This document shows, in pieces, positions 63,459 to 64,000 of a stretch of 64,000 nt of DNA. The first letter of the stretch is position 1. Every line of letters starts with the position of its first letter. The notes below the pieces were generated by a model. That model made no database searches. It had not been told where the DNA came from and saw only the letters and a list, made by a program, of their open reading frames with translations. This stretch comes from an uncultured Burkholderiales bacterium (GTDB lineage Bacteria > Pseudomonadota > Gammaproteobacteria > Burkholderiales > Eutrophovitaceae), in contig CATOSA010000036.1 in NCBI GenBank assembly GCA_951812315.1, positions 1,237-65,236 of the forward strand, given 5' to 3'. The translations under genes were made by a program, and so were the position numbers.

Positions 63459-63896
63459 ATGGCCCTTGTCGAAAAATCAATGCTGGTCGAATATCCGGCC
63501 GAAAGCATGTTCTCACTCGTTCATGATGTAGAACGTTATCCGGAGTTTCTCCCGTGGTGCGGCGCAGCCGAGATACTGAACAGGGATGATCAGACCGTCC
63601 ATGCCACGTTACAGATCAACTACAAGGGCATCAAGCAGCGGTTTTCTACCCGCAACCGGGTAGAAGCACCAAATCTGATCGAAATCACTCTGGTCGAAGG
63701 GCCATTCAAGCATCTTGACGGCCGTTGGCGGTTTACCCCGCTAGGGGACGAAGCATGCAAAGTTGAGTTCGCGCTTCATTACGAGTTTGTGAACCGATTG
63801 CTGGAGAAACTTGTCGGCCCGGTATTCAACTACATCGCCAATTCTTTCGTTGACGCCTTCGTCAATCGTGCCGCATCGCTCTACAGAAAACGTTGA
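63459..63896 (+). CDS. ratA: RatA/PasT START-domain protein
   Basis: DVERYPEFLPWC, GPFKHLDGRWRF; divergent from smpB. Confidence 0.92.
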   Translation: MALVEKSMLVEYPAESMFSLVHDVERYPEFLPWCGAAEILNRDDQTVHATLQINYKGIKQRFSTRNRVEAPNLIEITLVEGPFKHLDGRWRFTPLGDEACKVEFALHYEFVNRLLEKLVGPVFNYIANSFVDAFVNRAASLYRKR

Positions 63897-64000
63897 TGTC
63901 GGCAATCAGGGTTGAAATCGTATATGCGCTGTCGGATCACCAGACGATCGCCCAGCTAGAGCTTGATTCCACATCGACGGTGCGGCAGGCGATCAGCGCG
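63896..64000 (+). CDS. rnfH: RnfH/RatB family protein, truncated by window end
   Basis: MSAIRVEIVYALSDHQ...STVRQAI; overlaps the ratA stop. Confidence 0.8.
   Translation, partial: MSAIRVEIVYALSDHQTIAQLELDSTSTVRQAISA

Overview
Betaproteobacterial chromosome segment (taxonomy inferred from 16S/23S sequence and gene order), mostly core genes. It holds a decaying MSHA/type IV pilus-like operon under a sigma54 promoter, mlaFEDCB, yadGH-ibaG-murA, the his operon, tatABC, degQ, rplM-rpsI, argC-bactofilin-erpA, M23 peptidase/tyrS, an rRNA operon, rimP-nusA-infB-rbfA-truB-rpsO-pnp, a TPP enzyme, ggt, yciO-S2P-trpS and smpB/ratAB. Best finding: a 1248-bp IS110 element nested in an IS1182 transposase gene. 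Its left non-coding end folds like a bridge RNA and carries a 13-nt guide (CGATGCAGGCTAT) identical to its own insertion site, which encodes the conserved D-A-G-Y motif of the IS1182 transposase. A second, empty IS1182 copy in the window shows the pre-insertion site, the CT core and a circle-junction promoter. Both IS1182 copies sit in the loops of the rpsI and pnp terminators. The 23S gene carries a 268-nt helix-25 intervening sequence with a duplicated hairpin motif. Nonsense codons, frameshifts and microhomology deletions suggest ongoing genome erosion, but assembly error cannot be excluded for the single-base lesions. All alignments and folds were done by eye; no searches were run.
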